A stretch of 64,000 nucleotides of DNA. Origin: the human T2T-CHM13v2.0 reference genome, Homo sapiens. Below the pieces are notes generated by a model. The model had not been told where the DNA came from. It made no database searches and saw nothing but the letters and a program-made list of their open reading frames with translations. Positions 62,252 to 64,000 of this stretch are shown in pieces (position 1 is the first letter of the stretch; the number at the start of each line of letters is the position of its first letter). The stretch is taken from NCBI RefSeq assembly GCF_009914755.1, contig NC_060934.1; one strand, given 5' to 3'. The translations under genes and the position numbers were made by a program.

Positions 62252-62545
62252 GACTGGGTGCAGTGGCTTGTGCCTGTAATCCCAACACTTTGGGAGGCCG
62301 AGGCGGGTGGATCACTTGAGGTCAGGAGTTGAGACCAGCCTGGCCAACATACATGGTAAACCCCGTCTCTACCAAAAAATACAAAAGTTAGCCAGACGTG
62401 GTGGTGTGCCCCCGTAGCAGCCTGATTCTCCCAGCTTACCTACTTGGGAGACTGAGTTGGGAGAATTGCTTGAACCCAGGAGGTGAAGGTGAGCTGAGAT
62501 CTCACCACTGCGCTCCAGAGTAAGACTCTGTCTCAAAAAAAAAAA
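62252..62545 (+). mobile_element. Alu with multiple internal indels
   Basis: Dimer; TSD AAAAGCAAAATAGA. Confidence 0.9.
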
Positions 62546-63294
62546 GCAAAATAGATGAGAGAAGATATCAGACTAAAGAAAAGCTGTCCCAAGTCTTCCC
62601 TTTAAAAAAAATTCAGTAAGGATGGGAGAGATTCTACTAAGGAATGAATAACCCGAGCACAACTCACTGACAGCAAATATTCCCGGCATCCCTACCCCTC
62701 TTCTTTCAGCTTATCCAAATTGGCTCTCCTTATTGTGCAGCTTAGTTCAAGTCAGACCTTGGGAATCCTTTATAACCTCACTGCCTTAAAATTCATTGAT
62801 AATTTCTCCCATGGTTTTCCCATTTCCCAAATTCACAGAACTTACTCTGAGGATTATTTTTGATAATGCTTATAACTCATTTTATCCTTTACCTGGTCCT
62901 TGATAAATATTTTTTAAATGTAACATATGTACTAACATATGTACTAACTACCACATTGCACTGAATCAGTTTAAGATGTAACATTATTTTATATACCACT
63001 AAAAATGAAAAGATGCTGCCAATTAGGCTGCCAAATAGTAAATCATTATCACTTATTAGATGCATCCCAATAATACAGACATAAAATGTGAAAAATACTA
63101 CCTTAGAAGCAATAATATATAATTTTATTACTCCTTTAGCATTTACTATGTATTTTCACAATCATTGCATGGAAATAGATCTTATCTCTTTAAGCAGTTG
63201 AAAATCCCATTAAAAGCCTATACATCTTATATTTCTCTGCTCATCCCCAGCACCAAGATCAGCACTAGAGCCTTAGAATCAGTGGTGGAAAAGT

Positions 63295-63490
63295 AGTAAT
63301 GATAATAGCACTTTACATGCCATGTAGCATGGTAGCATTATTATTACCCCTTTTAGTAAATGAGGAAAGCAAAGTGATAGAATGTGCCCAAGGTCACCAA
63401 GCAGGTGGGTGTGCGGCAGAACCTCAGTTCACGTAGCCAGTTCTTTTCATTGCAGAGGCCAGGTTCCCAATGTCTATGCTGCTCTGCCCT
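63295..63490 (-). mobile_element. MIR
   Basis: gtagcattattattacccc...aaatgaggaaa...tgcccaaggtcac. Confidence 0.6.
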
Positions 63491-63599
63491 CAGAAATGTG
63501 GGCAAAAAAGCTACAATGGGCAGGTTTAGGATAGGAGACACTGACCATATGGTGCTTTTTGGACATACCCATGTGAGTTTTCATTTTACAGCAAGGTTT

Positions 63600-64000
<401 letters not shown>

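Overview
This window is primate DNA, very probably human, because it carries an SVA with SVA_E-type diagnostic positions. It is intronic or intergenic. I find no recognisable host protein-coding exon, RNA gene or CRISPR array, and every long ORF in the track maps to a repeat or looks spurious. The window is dominated by transposable elements. The main block is a compound cluster at 6.9-16 kb: a full-length SVA inserted into an antisense Alu, then an Alu whose A-tail appears to hold a full-length but inactivated L1PA3/4. Elsewhere there are about 20 Alus, a two-LTR THE1 element with an internal deletion, MLT1/MST LTRs, hAT MITEs (MER1B, MER3, MER5A, MER20, MER30), old L1M/L2/MIR relics and microsatellites. 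I do not see a new multi-gene biological system. The most interesting signals are fine-scale records of mutational processes: (1) a cluster of sense-strand A>G changes in the SVA SINE-R that looks like ADAR editing fixed by retrotransposition; (2) a perfect 46-bp copy of unique DNA pasted into a (TA)n tract 2.1 kb away, with a fold-back junction; (3) an older analogous copy of an L1M segment into a MIR; (4) a poly(A)-only TPRT insertion with a 19-bp TSD; (5) a probable short L1 3' transduction; (6) a nested inverted duplication. Subfamily names come from my recollection of consensus sequences, not from a database run.
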